A DNA stretch of 64,000 bases from Cycas panzhihuaensis. Taxonomy: Eukaryota; Plantae; Cycadophyta. Each line of letters begins with the position of its first letter. Position 1 is the first letter of the stretch. The stretch covers positions 193,633,741 to 193,697,740 of the forward strand of contig CM041465.1 of the NCBI GenBank assembly GCA_023213395.1, read 5' to 3'. This document shows, piece after piece, positions 24,806-39,100 of the stretch. The notes below the pieces were generated by a model. That model ran no database searches, had not been told where the DNA came from, and worked only from the letters and a program-made list of their open reading frames with translations. Position numbers and translations under genes: made by a program.

Positions 24806-27800
24806 TGTAACATAACCTCACCTTTTCTTAGCAAAAGGGAACCACTAACAAGTAAGGATTAAGGGGTTTAGTAAGTTATGTATATGGACCACTAAGTCAT
24901 CCAATAAGATGTAAGGCCGCTAGGGCCACCAATAGAATCATTAAGGATGATGACCCTTACTTGTATATTTAAAGGGTTAAACCACTCATAATGTTATTAA
25001 GGATGATATCTTGAAAGGAGAAAGTACTTCGGTACTCATTTTGGTGATTCATTTTCTATGATCCGCTTGTGCATTCATGTTATTTGGCTTTATTTTCTGC
25101 TAATTATCACTTCTACGAGCCCTGGTTTCTGAGAAGGAATGGTCCAAGTGGTATCAGAGCTATGTTCGCGATCATGGGAAGCTGCCCAAAATAGTAATTT
25201 TTTTTTTTCCTATACGATTAAGTACTCTCTCTACCTAGGCAGAGATTAAGAAAAGAACTTCACTCAGTACTCTCTCTAAGAAGATTAAGGAATGATAGCA
25301 AGATAGATTAGAGGTCACGAAGCGAAGGGGAATTTTGACCTTCAGGTACCACAAGCAATTTATTTCTTCTAAACTTAATTCAATTTTTAAGCTTTCTTTT
25401 TCTGCATTGGGTTATATTCCAAGGGTAGATAACACCCCTGGGCGACTACCCTTTGTGTCCTCTCCCACCTCTCCTTTCTGGGTAGATAACACTACTAGGC
25501 GGCTACCTAAGTAGTTAGGTAGAGACCCTGTACCAGGGTTCTTTAAACATCACATGGATCTATCGATTTTAGCTAAGTGCATCGTGGCTTTGTTGGCCCT
25601 TGTGTGAAGGACTGGAGACAACACTCCTGAACCAAGCCCTAGACAGAACCTAGCTACGAAAGTGTGCCTCCATGTACCTCCAGGTCTATAGGAGGACCCT
25701 CTTTAGGATTCCAAAACCCTCCCTAGTACAGGTAACCTATCGGTCACTGAAGTCTTGCAGTGTAGTGGTTGCTTGATTAGTGCCGTGAAGTTACACCGCC
25801 TCTTCGCATCAAGTTTATCGGTGCCTATAAGACCAAGCACACCTCATTCTGCAGTGGGTAGGATACATCTGATCATTCGCTGCTTACCCTGCCCTAGTCT
25901 TTATCACAAGCCACTAACTGCCTGAATTCAAAACTTGTTAGAATAGTCAAGCCTCTAAAAAAAAAAAAAAATCTACTTAGCTCTTGCTCAAAGTGCAAAA
26001 AAAATACCCTTATAACTCATACACCTCAATTCGATTAGCATCTTGTAAGGGTTGTTTTGCATTAGGTTAGTCTATACCTCAATTTTCACTCTTTTTGTAT
26101 CTGGGCCACTAGTGGGCCCCATCACTCCAAATTCACCTTAAAAATCATACATCCCATTTCGATAAGTTTTTTGTGCTCTTTTTAGTGGACTAAATATCTT
26201 GCTTATGTAATTTTAGGGTCAATAGGTTATAGACACCCCACATTCCCCTATTTTGCCCCTTCTTTCCCATATAGCAACTTCCTATTCTTCTATCCCATTC
26301 TTTCTTGAATCTGTCCCACTTCATTCTTTCCCTTCTTTCTACTTACTCCTGCTTCCTTAATCCCTTTCTTCAACTCCAATGGCAAAAAATCAAATAGAAA
26401 AAATTTCTGAGTTGACCAATGATTTGTCTAACTTCAAAATAGAGGTCAGCAATAAACTCAGTAGCATGCCTACCAAATCTGACCTAGATGACACTAAGAA
26501 AGAGATTATCATATTGCTTCAACAGTGGGTGTCACCCCAACCCCAAAGCACAGGAGCTTCTACCTCAATGGGCAACCAACCTCCCCCTTCTCCAGGAAAC
26601 AATACATATACAGGAGGTTCTCCACCAAGACAGTCATTTTTCCACCATAAGATCAACATTCCTACCTTTGATCCAGACATGAATAGAGAGTGCACTTGAA
26701 GCTGGATTAATAAGTTAGAATCCTACTTCACTCTCCACTCGATGTTAGAAGAGGACCAACTCTTATATACTTCCATTCATTTAGATGGTCGAGCTCACCA
26801 TTGGTTTAACTGGTGGAAGCGGGAATACCCCTCTCACTAAACTTAGTCCCACTTCACTAGTTGTTTTTCGAGCAATATGAAGATACATGGAGTTAATATT
26901 TTTTCACACAACTCACCTAGCTTAAGCAGACATCAACTATAGAAGCTTACACAGATGAATTTCAAGCTTTATATAATCACATGCCATAAAGACAAAACTT
27001 GGACAAACAAACAGTGATTGATATTTATGTGACGGGACTCCAAGACCATATTCAGATGAGATTAAAGATAATGGCAATTTACTCCCTTAAGGAAGCTTTT
27101 AAGTGGGCCCGTGTAGTAGAAGCTGAGTTTGTAGTAGACAAACCCTCAACCATTCGACGGGATAACTCTTGGTTCTCATGCACTTGACAAGCAGATCTCC
27201 ATGCGATCTTGACCTTGATTTGATGATGCCTCTCGTCCTCAAGCTGACTTCACACATCTTTGACCATGACAGGATGATTCTCAACCATCTATTGATCGCC
27301 AGAATGAGGATATATCCACCAAAAGAGTCCAAATTTCTCAAGCTGAAGCACAACGTCAACTTGAGGCTAGCCTTTGTATACAGTGTATAGAAAAGTGGAC
27401 TTCCGGGCATGGTCATTTTTGTAAAGTGTGGCGTATAGTTTTCTCAATTGACCCATCTCTCTTCCCTGACGATCCCTCTGATTCTGACTCTGACCAGGAG
27501 GCTGATGATGAAACCCATGATGATCCTGCACCAGACCCCTAACCTGAAGTATTTATATCTGCTATCACCACCTCCTCCTGCCCTGAACCCTTAAGAGTTA
27601 GAGGCATTCTCTACAAGACTCTAATATCTATCTTGATCGATGGTGGCACGTCACTTAACTTCATTGATATTTCGATTGCTAGACAACTTAACCTATATAT
27701 TGTCCCAAAAACTGGCTTCACCTGTTCTCTACTAGGGTACTAGAAACTCCATTGTGTAGGTGTTATTAAAAACCTCTAAGTCCAAATTGGCTCATACCTT

Positions 27801-30800
27801 TTGGTGTCAGACTTCTATGCCTTGTCAATAGGAGGATCTGATGCCATCTTAGGGATTCAATGGTTGCAAACACTAGGGACCTATAACACGAACAACTCAC
27901 CTACAAATCCATTCATTGCCTTTAAAGACCACATGGGGTGAAACCACAAAATTTACGGAATGTAATCCCCCCCTAACCAAGTGGTCTCTCCTGGACGTAT
28001 GAAATGCCATCTTCAATCTCACCTAGGGTATATAGTCTGCCTCAATAATATTCAAATCGAACGACAAATTCATCCCTACATCCAGGATGTCATTACCCAA
28101 TATGAACAAGTATTTGCCCCTCTTCCTGCCACCACCCGTCCTGACCGCAGTTTCTTTCATACAATTGACGTCCAATCTAACCACGACCCTATCAACCTTT
28201 AACCTTACTGTAACTCATACTTCCAAAAGAATGAAATCGAGAAACTCACAAATGAACCCCTTGACATGGGCATAATCCAACCTAGTAAAAGCCCTTATGT
28301 AGCCCTAATTGTCTTAGTTTAGAAGAAGGATGGCTCCTTTTGCCTCAGTGTTGACTATAGGGAATTAAATAAGATTACCATTAAAAATAAGTTTTCCACC
28401 TCTTGCATAGATGACATGCTAGATGAAATCCATAGCGCAACCATCTTTTCTAAGTTAGACCTCTAATCTGGTTACTACCAAATCCCAATTGCCCTACTAG
28501 ATTGTCATAAGACAACATTTCGCACACATCATGGCCATTTTGAGTTTCAAGCAATGCCCCGGCAACCTTCCAAGCTCTCATGAATAGAATCTTTGGGCCC
28601 TACCTTCGAAAGTTTGTCATAGTTTTCTTCGATGACATTCTTATTTATAGTGCTGCTCGATCTCCATATCCAACACTTAGAAATTGTTCTTCAAATATTA
28701 TAGAACCACTAACTCTATGCAAAACTATCTAAGTGTGAGTTTAGACAATCAAAACTCAAATATTTAGGTCATATCATATCATCAGAAGGGGTATGTGTAG
28801 ACCCTGACAAAATATCAGTCATCACAATATGGCCAACACCTACCACTCTTACCCAACTAGGAGCATTTCTTGGGCTGACAGGCTTTTATCGATGCTTTGT
28901 GCATAACTATGCTTCTCTTGCCACCCCATTAACTAACCTCCTTCGTAAAGAGGCTTTTCAATGGTCTCTCGAAGCAGAGGTTGCCTTTTCCCACCTTAAG
29001 GTTGTAATGACCTCCACTTTGGTCCTCATCACTCCTGATTTTAACCAACCCTTCCAACTTGAATGCGATGCTTTGGGGTTTGGTTTAGGCATAGTCCTAA
29101 TACAAGACTCTCATCCCATTGCATTTGAAAGCCGAAAATTAAAAGATCACGAGCTTCATCTCTCTACATATCAGAAAGAAGTGAAGGCTATTCTCCATGC
29201 TATTGATAAATGGCGGCAATATCTCTTAGGCTATAAGTTCACTATTCTTATGGATTATCGTAGCCTCCATAATTTATTAACTCAGCCAGTCTTATCTAAA
29301 GAACAAGCTAAGTGGGTTCATTGATTACAAGTCTTTGACTTCTTAATAGCATATAAAAAAGGTAAAGATAATACAGTGGCAGATACTTTTTCACGTCTCC
29401 ATCTTAACAACAATGTTCCTAACCCAAGCCTCCATGCCATCAGCAACCCCCAACCCCTTTGGCTTGATGAACTATGTGTTGAAAATCAAGCCCAGCCAGA
29501 CTATCCTAATTGGAGGGAAAAAGTTCTCACCCATAAAGGTTGGTCAACCTTCAACAACCACCTCCTCTACCACAATCGTATCTTTGTCCATCCCTCCTCC
29601 TCATTCATCCCTAAAATCCTAACGAAATACCACTCGTCCCCCCTTGGCAGCCACTCTGGCTTCGATAAGACTTATTGATGGATTCATGCAGATTTCTTTT
29701 GGCCCCACATGAAGACCACCATATTCACCTTCATATCAGAATGTGACACCTATCAATGAAATAAAGTAGAGACCAAACCTCTCCCTGGCCTTCTCCAACC
29801 ATTAAATATTCCGCAAGGTAAGTGGCAAGATATTACCATGGACTTCATCACGGGCCTACCCCCATCTATCGAGTTTGACTCCATTTGGGTAATCATTGAT
29901 CGATAAACCAAGTACTCACACTTTCTCCCAGTGCACACCTCATATTCATCCTCCCATCTCACTGACTTATATGTCCAATTCATATTTTGCCTCCATAGTT
30001 TTCCATCATCTATTGTTTGTGACCGAGACCCTAAGTTTACTAGCTCCTTTTGGCAAGAACTCTTTAAGACTGTTGGAACCTTATTTAACATGAGCTCTGC
30101 CTACCACCCATAAACAAATGGCCAATCTGAGGTTCTAAACAAAACTTTAGAAACTTATCTACATTGCTTCACTTGAGAACACCAAGCTAAGTGGACCTCA
30201 TGGCTTGCCCTGGCTAAGTATTGGTATAACTCCTCCCATCATTCTGCCATTGGTATGTCCCTCTTTTTTACTCTTTATGGCTACCACCCACCTTCTCACC
30301 ATACCCTAGCCATAGATTTTAGAATAGCTTCTATGCAACAAAAGCTTCAAGAAATGGATCAAATCTCGCATGCCCTTCGATAAAATCTAGCTAGTACTCA
30401 AAATCGAATGAAGTAGCTAGCAGACTGCCACCGATCTGATTGATCCTTTGATATTGGAGATCTAGTATACCTCCGCCTCCAACCTTATAAGCAACAATCA
30501 CTCAAGTCCCATCAAGGGCATAAACTAAGCCCCCACTACTATGGCCCTTATAAGATCTTGCATAAAATTGGTGAAGTTGCTTATGCCTTTGAACTCCCCC
30601 TAAATACTAATATTCATAATGTCTTCTATGTGTCTTGCCTAAAAAAATACCTTAGAGCTAAAGTTACACCCCACACAACCCTTCCTATTCTCTCTAAAGA
30701 ACAAACTCTTACAATTCCTCCTAATAAAATCCTTGCTAGTTGCAAGCATCACCTCTAGAATCATACTATTTCTAAACACTTGGTATAGTGGGTCAGCTGC

Positions 30801-31236
30801 AATGTTGATGAAGCTACTTGGGAGTCAGAAGAGTTCATCCAGAAACATCCTCATCTTCAACGCTGCAAGGACTCAGCATCTCAAAGGAGGGGACCTGTAA
30901 CATAACCTCACCTTTCCTTAGTAAGAGGGAACCACCAATAAGTAAGGATTAAGGGGTTTAGTAAGTTATGTGTATGGACCGCTAAGTCGTCCAATAAGAT
31001 GTAAGGCCACTAGGGCCACTAATAGAATCATTAAGGATGAAGACCCTTACTTATGTATTTAAAGGGTTAAACCACTTGTAATGTTATTGAGGATGATATC
31101 TTGAAAGGAGAAAGTACTTTGGTACTCATTTTAGTGATTCATTTTCTGTGATCTGCTTGCACATTCGTGTTATTTGGCTTGATTTTCTACTAATTATCAC
31201 TTCTACGAGTCCCGATTTCTGAGAAGGAACGGTCTA
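24806..31236 (+). mobile_element. Full-length Ty3/gypsy chromovirus (Reina-like), pseudogenised
   Basis: 341-bp LTRs 24806-25146 and 30896-31236; PBS tggtatcagagc 25149; PPT aaaggagggg; TSD ttgca/ttaca. Confidence 0.96.
26379..30898 (+). pseudogene. gag-PR-RT-RH-INT-chromodomain polyprotein remnant
   Basis: [85 protein letters not shown] running into PPT/LTR. Confidence 0.95.
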
Positions 31237-31575
31237 TTACATTTATCCACCTTTCTCGGCTGTATTTACAAATTGTTAGAGAAACCACAGAAACTGTGCA
31301 ACTAGCATTACATTAAATGACTCATTTTCGAGCTCCAAAAATTTACTACTATCCCTTATTCTCTTATTTGCATTATTGAGGCCACATATAAATAAATTAA
31401 AAAAAAAAAAGGAAAAGAAAGAAAAAAGGGAGGGGGTTATCAATCCCTCCATTACATAAGCATAACATTTCACTTAGCCTTTTTCTAAAAAAGCTTCATA
31501 GCTTTCTACACTATTACCTCCATCTTCATCCCTAAGGGGAGGAAGTGAAAAATACAAAAATGTCCTTCATTTAAC

Positions 31576-31979
31576 TAGAAAGGCACCCTTAGTGCAGTTG
31601 GCACTACTTCAGAAAGGGACCTCCCCTCTTCATATGGGGTTGTCTTTGATGCAGATCTTTTTGCAATTGTATGGTTTTTATAGAAGAGAGCCTTCCTTTG
31701 GTAGCTTGTATCATTGTTTGCAGATATCTAAAAGACTTTGTAGGGCTTGAAGCATGTGGGTATGTGGACATTGCCTACCCTTATTCTAAAACTGACTCCA
31801 CTTGAAGGAACAATGTGTAAATAGTGAGCTACAGATGATTGCCTCTATTACTTGCCTTCTCTGCATCACCTTATCCATACACTTGACCACCGATTCACAT
31901 TTTAGACTATTACAGCATTTATGAATGGGAACTTCGTAGATATTCATACCAGCACATCCTCTATTTCTCTACTTTTGTC
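31576..31979 (-). pseudogene. Unidentified coding-like fragment joined to the POLQ piece, followed by UTR-like sequence
   Basis: Frame continuing from POLQ: DKSREIEDVLV*ISTKFPFINAVIV*NVNRWSSVWIR*CREGK..VAHYLHIVPSSGVSFRIRVGNVHIPTCFKPYKVF..RSLSEVVPTALRVPF*. Not the POLQ C-terminus and not TE-like. Confidence 0.4.
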
Positions 31980-32492
31980 CAAGTAGTGCTTCCTTCCATT
32001 AAGGGTTCTTATATACCCTTTTTTTGCTGGTGGATGAAACACTTGGAAAGGCATTCTTGAAACGTTCATGCCTTTTTGCAGCTTCAACTACAGTACATTC
32101 TAGTTGTTCTACAAAGGTATTGATACCCATGCCATACAATATTCCATAAACTAACATTTTGGTTTGATTTCTCTACTTCTCAGTTATTGCAGATTCATTC
32201 TGCCCTGTCCATCTTGCTACCATCATACAGAAAAGAACACCATCTAGATTCCTGAGAAGACTAATTAACGAAGCATCAATAAACAAATGAGCCATTATGC
32301 GTAATTCTATTTGAGAATAGTTTGCTGACATGAACAACCAATTTTCTTGACTAGGAACAAAAATATCATGTGCATTGATTTGGTACTGGTCAAACGTAGC
32401 AGTATCTATTCCAATCCCATATTAGGTCTAATTGTGAAATCCACTTGATGCTCTACATGCTGGAGGTTAGGCTCCTCCATAGAAAGCCTCCC
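31974..32492 (-). pseudogene. TEB: Captured, intron-less fragment of DNA polymerase theta (TEBICHI/POLQ) A-family polymerase domain
   Basis: GRLSMEEPNLQHVEHQVDF..QINAHDIFVPSQENWLFMSANYSQIELRIMAHL..MVARWTG..RNQTKMLVYGILYGMG..EQLEC..FKNAFPSVSS..KGYIRTLNGRKHYL. Includes PolA motifs A (DYSQIELR-type) and B (R..K..YG..YG) with plant TEB-specific flanks; 2 frameshifts, 1 stop, short deletion. Confidence 0.93.
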
Positions 32493-32719
32493 TTAATTAC
32501 CTCCAATCCGCCCTATATCAATCTGGTTGACTTACCATTGCAGAGGCGCAGGTGGCCCATGGTAACGTTTAAGCAGGAGCAATAGACGGTGCGTATCGAA
32601 TAACACAGACAGTGCGCAGCCAACAACACAGCAAGGTGGTAGGCATATCATCATGCAGGTTTCTCTGGCATTTTTTTAACGTTCGACGCGCCTTTTCATT
32701 CACTTCTTTTTTATATGTA

Positions 32720-33482
<763 letters not shown>

Positions 33483-35021
33483 TATTTCATATTGGGATTC
33501 TTATTGATTTAATAATCATCTTCATAGTGAAGTGTGGTTAGCCGTTTTTCTGTTTTAACAGTGGCGGCGATGTTTTTATTATCTATATTTAAATAGTTTT
33601 TTATAAAGTTTTTTAAAAAATTATATTATATAGGCCAATTAAAAGTATTAGCCCCTCGCATATTCAACCCCTGGTCACAAGACCATTCTCACGTGACCGT
33701 AGTTAGGGCCAACAAAAGTTTATAAACCATTTTCCATTTTTTTTTTTTTTTTTACATAGGGTTATTGGTGTTTTTTTGCCATAACTACTCACTTATTCAC
33801 TGGTTTCTAACGAAACTAGTGTCATTGCATTATAAATTTTCTTTAGATTAATTTTGACTAGTCATATGACCAATTTGGTGTTGATTTGACCCCGTTTCAG
33901 TCGATTTAAAGTCAATCAGTCATTTTTTCAGCATTTTTTTAACTTTTTACAAAATCACTTTTTGAACTGATTATATTCTATTATAGGGTTACTATTTTCT
34001 ACCTGGATTTATTCTAAAGTGATCTACGTTTAACAAAATTCATTACCCATTTTTTATTTTATTTTTTAGAATTTATTTTGATCACTATTTTAATCGTCAA
34101 AAGTGTCACTTTAGTGGTTTTCAGCATTTTTCTTAACATTTTACCATAAAGGTACCTGTTGCCATTTTTGCTATAACTTTTCTATTTGACATCCAAATTT
34201 AGTTTTATTAGTTTCGTTGGGAAGTTGACTCATTCCACTTCGAATTGATATAGTTTTTTATATGTTTTAATGTATTTTTACTAATTTTCAAATCACTCAA
34301 AGTAGAGGTATTTAATTACCTCCAACTTACTATTTTTACACATATATATATATAATTTTTTAGCTGAAAGTATATTGAAAAGTCTTCTAAACAATATTTA
34401 ATCATTTCTCAATACTTTGTAAAGTTTTATTAGCAATTTTATACTTTTTGAGCTCCCTACTCCCTTTAATTCTAAAAAAGAGGCCTGTTTATTTGACTTA
34501 TCAAAACTTAACTTGTAGAAACCCATTTTCAAAACGGTTAGTTCCTTTGGATTCATATTTTATTGATCTTCATACTAGTGAAGTTTTATATTCTTCTGAC
34601 ATCATTTAGCATACTTTTGAAATTGTTAAACTTGAGGTTATTCTCTCACCCTTCTTTTTAAAAGGTTTCTTCATACTCTTTATCTTTCAAAGTAAAATAT
34701 ACATATATTTCAGTTTCTTCAGTATCATATATTATCATCAAGGCTAAGGATTTATTGCATTAAGAATTTACATTTATCCATTTGAAGAAAATCCAAAGCT
34801 TAAGGTCTTATTTCAGATTTGTATCGTTAAAAGAATATTGGTGTATGATTTCAAAGTTACTTCTATATTCATTATTTCCTTATTGCATTTAGTTCATTTA
34901 TTTTTAAAAGGCATTACATTTCTTTTGAAGAGTATATTTGATATCATACAAGTTTAGTTACTTATTGACTTTATTTGATTTACTAAAAGCATACTTTATA
35001 TATTCTAAAGTTTTTTATAAT

Positions 35022-35531
35022 ATGGTACAATTATCTATATTTGATGGGTAAAATTTTTTAGAATGGCACAAAATTATGAAAAATTATTTTATTGCATATG
35101 ATCTATGGAAGTATTTACAACATGACTATGATGTTAGTATTAAAGAAAACATTAGAAAGGATAATAAAGCATTGGGATTATTATTTTGCACTATGAATGA
35201 TGATGTTTTTTCAAAGGTTTCTAAATTAACAACTTCTAAATTAGTTTGGAATGTATTGATTTCTACTTATAGGGGAGATACCCTCCATGTATTTGATGAT
35301 ATTTTTTATGAGCATGTGAGACAGGTGACAAAATAGGTGAAGCATAACGACAACACCCATGAAGATCCATATCAAATACAGGACCAACTTACTATACAAG
35401 TATCTGCTCCTCCATTTGAGGGGGAGGATGAATGCTATGACATGATGGAAAATGAATCTGATATAATAAAAAAGGATTATTATGATATGACAGTTGTTGA
35501 CAGCATACACATTACAAAAGATAAAGTTTAA
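35022..35531 (+). pseudogene. Truncated copia-type gag N-terminus (DUF4219/UBN2-like) with acidic tail
   Basis: MVQLSIFDG*NFLEWHKIMKNYFIAYDLWKYL..KDNKALGLLFCTMNDDVFSKVSKLTTSKLVWNVLISTYRGD followed by a D/E-rich tail; no zinc knuckle. Confidence 0.85.
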
Positions 35532-36187
35532 ATTCAATTTTTTCTCAATGTTCTAGTTGACAAAGACAAAGTTGCATCTATATATACCTACTTGAATTAA
35601 GTATTATTTACTTACAGCTTTTTCTAATTACTTCATGATACAAAGACATATGTTATAAGAAGGTTAAAGCATGTTGATGAAGATTAGATTTTTAAAGTTT
35701 TTTTTTAAGTACAAGTTCCATAAGTTTAAAGAAAAGATTCAAGTATTCGTGATGACATTAAGGGAGAGAATGTTGGAGTTAATCATCATCACTCCACCCC
35801 CACCTTTCTAACCAGGATTGTACACCTCATCAACTTCAATTTAGACATATGATGCTCAATATGTCAAGGTAAGTTAAGGTAAGTTTAACTTTGATTTATG
35901 TTAAGTTGAGTTAGTTTCATTTGAGTTAACATTATTTTATTATTATTTTGAATTCAGGAGTTGAGGAGTTTCCCTCCTCTCCCAAATTATAAATATTGAG
36001 GGGTGTGCAACCATGGTGTCTTTAGACACCACCCTCATTTAGGAAATTTGTAATGCTCACTTCTTACAATAGAATGACTATAATGGATTTTTAGTTTATG
36101 ATACATTGATGTATTGTAATATTGATCTATGTGATTCTATTCTATGTTCTGCCCTATTCTCCTACAAATATATTTTCCTTCACCAAA

Positions 36188-39100
36188 TATATGGAATTAC
36201 CAAGATAAAGGTTGGCTTAGTTTTTCTTGACTATAAAAAGTGCATGAGACTGGAAGAAATGTAATTTATAGCCTTAGGATAGTTGAAATTACCCCTAGTT
36301 CTAGACTAAAGAGCTCTAGTTAATAACTTAAAATAACCTGATGAGATTTAGATAAAATTGTGTGATACTTTTAAGAAAAAAAAAGACAAATAGATGCCTT
36401 GCTCTAATATTAGAGTTACTCAATTTGCATGTGGAAGATGCGAACAATATCAATTCTTACCTGAATAAGATTACAAACTTAAAAGAATAAGCTAGAAGAA
36501 CTAAAATAGAATTTGATTGATGATGTATTGTTATTTGCTATAATCATGTTAAAGCTACCTACTGCCTTTTCCACTTTTTAGACCATATATGGTAAAGATG
36601 AGGTGATGGAGGTAAAAACTTTTGATGGTCTTAAAAACCTTATTCTAGTAGAGGATGCCAAACTAAAACATCATGGTATGCTTGGAGGTTTTGAATCAAG
36701 CCAAGCTTTAGCCATAAAGACTCAGAGGAAAGAGGTCACTTAGGGGGAAAAGTTCACATAGAGGTTTAGAGAAAGTTCTTAATAAAAGATGAAATTCAAT
36801 GGAAAATATAACTACTATAAAAAGGATAGTTACAAAGAGAAGAACTATTGGATTGAGAGATGTGACAAGTGTAAAGTAATCCAAGATAACAAAAGAAAGA
36901 GAGTTGCAGCTTACTACATCAGGATAGAAACCATATCAGCCAAGTCTAATCAAAGAGATTATTAGATTCTTGACTCTAGAGCATAGAAGCATATCTCTTA
37001 CCAAAAACACAAATTTGATATAATGAATAAAAATCTTAGTGGTGTTGAAATCATCCTTGGAGATACTTGTATATTGATAGTGGAAGGTATCGATGAAGTA
37101 TGTATTATAGGTGGTAAGTTTACCAGGTTATATTGCATACCCAAGATGTAATTGAACCTTCTTTTAGCCTAAGAGATTTATAAATAAGGTATGAAGGTGG
37201 AGTTATACCATATCAGATGCCAGATAAAGGATTTGAAGTAAAAGTTTTCTGTCATTATTACTAGGAAAGTTAGAGGCAACTTTTAGGTGTCTCAAAAATT
37301 TTAATCTTAGAAGAAGTCTTATGCCTTTGTCACCAGCACTAATGATGTGACTAAACTTTGGCATGATCGCGTAGGACACCTTAACTATAGAAGCAACACA
37401 TTACTAAATAGGTTAAAGATGGTAAAAGGATTGCCATAAATTTCTTACTCAGATAGTGGGTGTAAAGGGTGTATGTATGGTATGCATCATCACTACCTTT
37501 TTACTCAACATAATGTATGGAGAGATAATGAGAATCTAGAGTTTGTGCATTTGTATATAATGGGTCTTTTCCTAAACCCTTCGATATCAGGAGCTTGTTA
37601 CACCCTTATGTTTGTGGATGATTATACTAGAAAGGCCTGGGTTTACTTTTTGAAAAATAAGTCAAATATATTTGATCACTTCTATGACTAAAAAGTGATG
37701 GTTAGTCAGGATATAAAATTCAATAAGTCATTGGTGTATCATATTGATAAATCATTAAAAGAGTTTTTTTACTCGATGTTACTTCCATTCCTAAATTCAT
37801 CAGGCGAAGAGGACGATGAGCCAATCATTGGAATACATGAAGAAGTAGGACCAAGTGGGTCAAGTAATTGTGAGGAGCCACCATAAGAAGAAGCACCTCT
37901 AGTAATGGGTTCTTCTATACCATTATAGGCAAGGAAGACTATTAAAGATTTTGGTATGGTGATGCATACCATTACTAATGAAATAAAAACAAGAACCCAT
38001 CATGCTAGTTAAACTCTACTGGTAGACACCCACAACTCTAGTGATCCTAATTCATTTGATAAGGCAAAATGAGATCCACAATGGAGAGATACAATGGAAG
38101 AAGAGTATGGTTCATTGATAAAGAATAATACATAGGATTTGGTTCTACTCCCTCTAATGAGAAACCTTGTTAGATGCAAGTGGTCTATAAGATAAAGTTT
38201 TACTTTGATGGAGGGGTGGACAAGTATAAGTCCAAGTCTATAAGGAGACATTTACACCAATCCCCAAGATGGTAATGGTCTAGTTAATCATTTCCTTAGT
38301 AGCTAATTATTGTTAGGAGTTACATTAGATGGATGTCAAGTCCATATTTCTTAATAGATATCTAAAGAAGGAAATATACATGTCATGGGCTTTGGGATTT
38401 ATTAAGGAAGGCTAGGAGCATCTTATATGTTGATTAAAGAAATCAATTTATGGCCTAAAATAAGCACCTAATGCTTGGTGTGAGAAGATGGATGCCAAGT
38501 TAAAAGCTAAAGGTTTCGAAATTTCTAAACTTGACCCAAATTTATATATAAAAAGAAGACGGACTTCAATAGTTGCTAATGTGGTTTATGTTGATGATTT
38601 AATCATCAATAGTAATTGTGGCAATACTATAGTAAAAGTTAAGTCCAATTTAGGAGCTTCTTTTAATATGACAAACCTTAGGATACTTCACTATTTCTTA
38701 GGCATTTAGATTAGGCAAATGGATGATCGAATCATGTTGTTATCACAGTATGTGAAGAACTTACTAGAGAAGCTTCGAATGCAAAATTAAAATCCTATTA
38801 CAATATCATATGTTAAAGGCATAAGATTATAGAAGGATATAGTCAAACCCTCTATAGATAGAACAAAGTATTGCCAATTGGTAGGGAGTCTAATTTACTT
38901 GACTCATACTAGACCAATTATTGCCTATGTTATTAAATTAGTATCCTGATATATGTGGAATCCTTAAGAGCCTCATTAGGTTATCATGAAGCAAATTCTA
39001 AAATACTTAAAAGGGATAATCAATCTTGATCTTGAATACTATGAAAATAAGAAGATAAAGTTGCATGGCTATATAAATGCTAATTAGGAAGGTGATTATG

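Noticed and set aside
25420-25900. Hammerhead ribozyme, group II intron or picornavirus-type IRES identity
   Set aside because: No CUGAUGA/GAAA core or domain V; resemblance to IRES sequences is limited to a few short words.
31974-32492. Functional host POLQ exon or a polymerase-encoding (Polinton-like) transposon
   Set aside because: Frameshifts, a stop and a deletion; A-family rather than B-family; lies between LTRs with no other TEB exons in the window.
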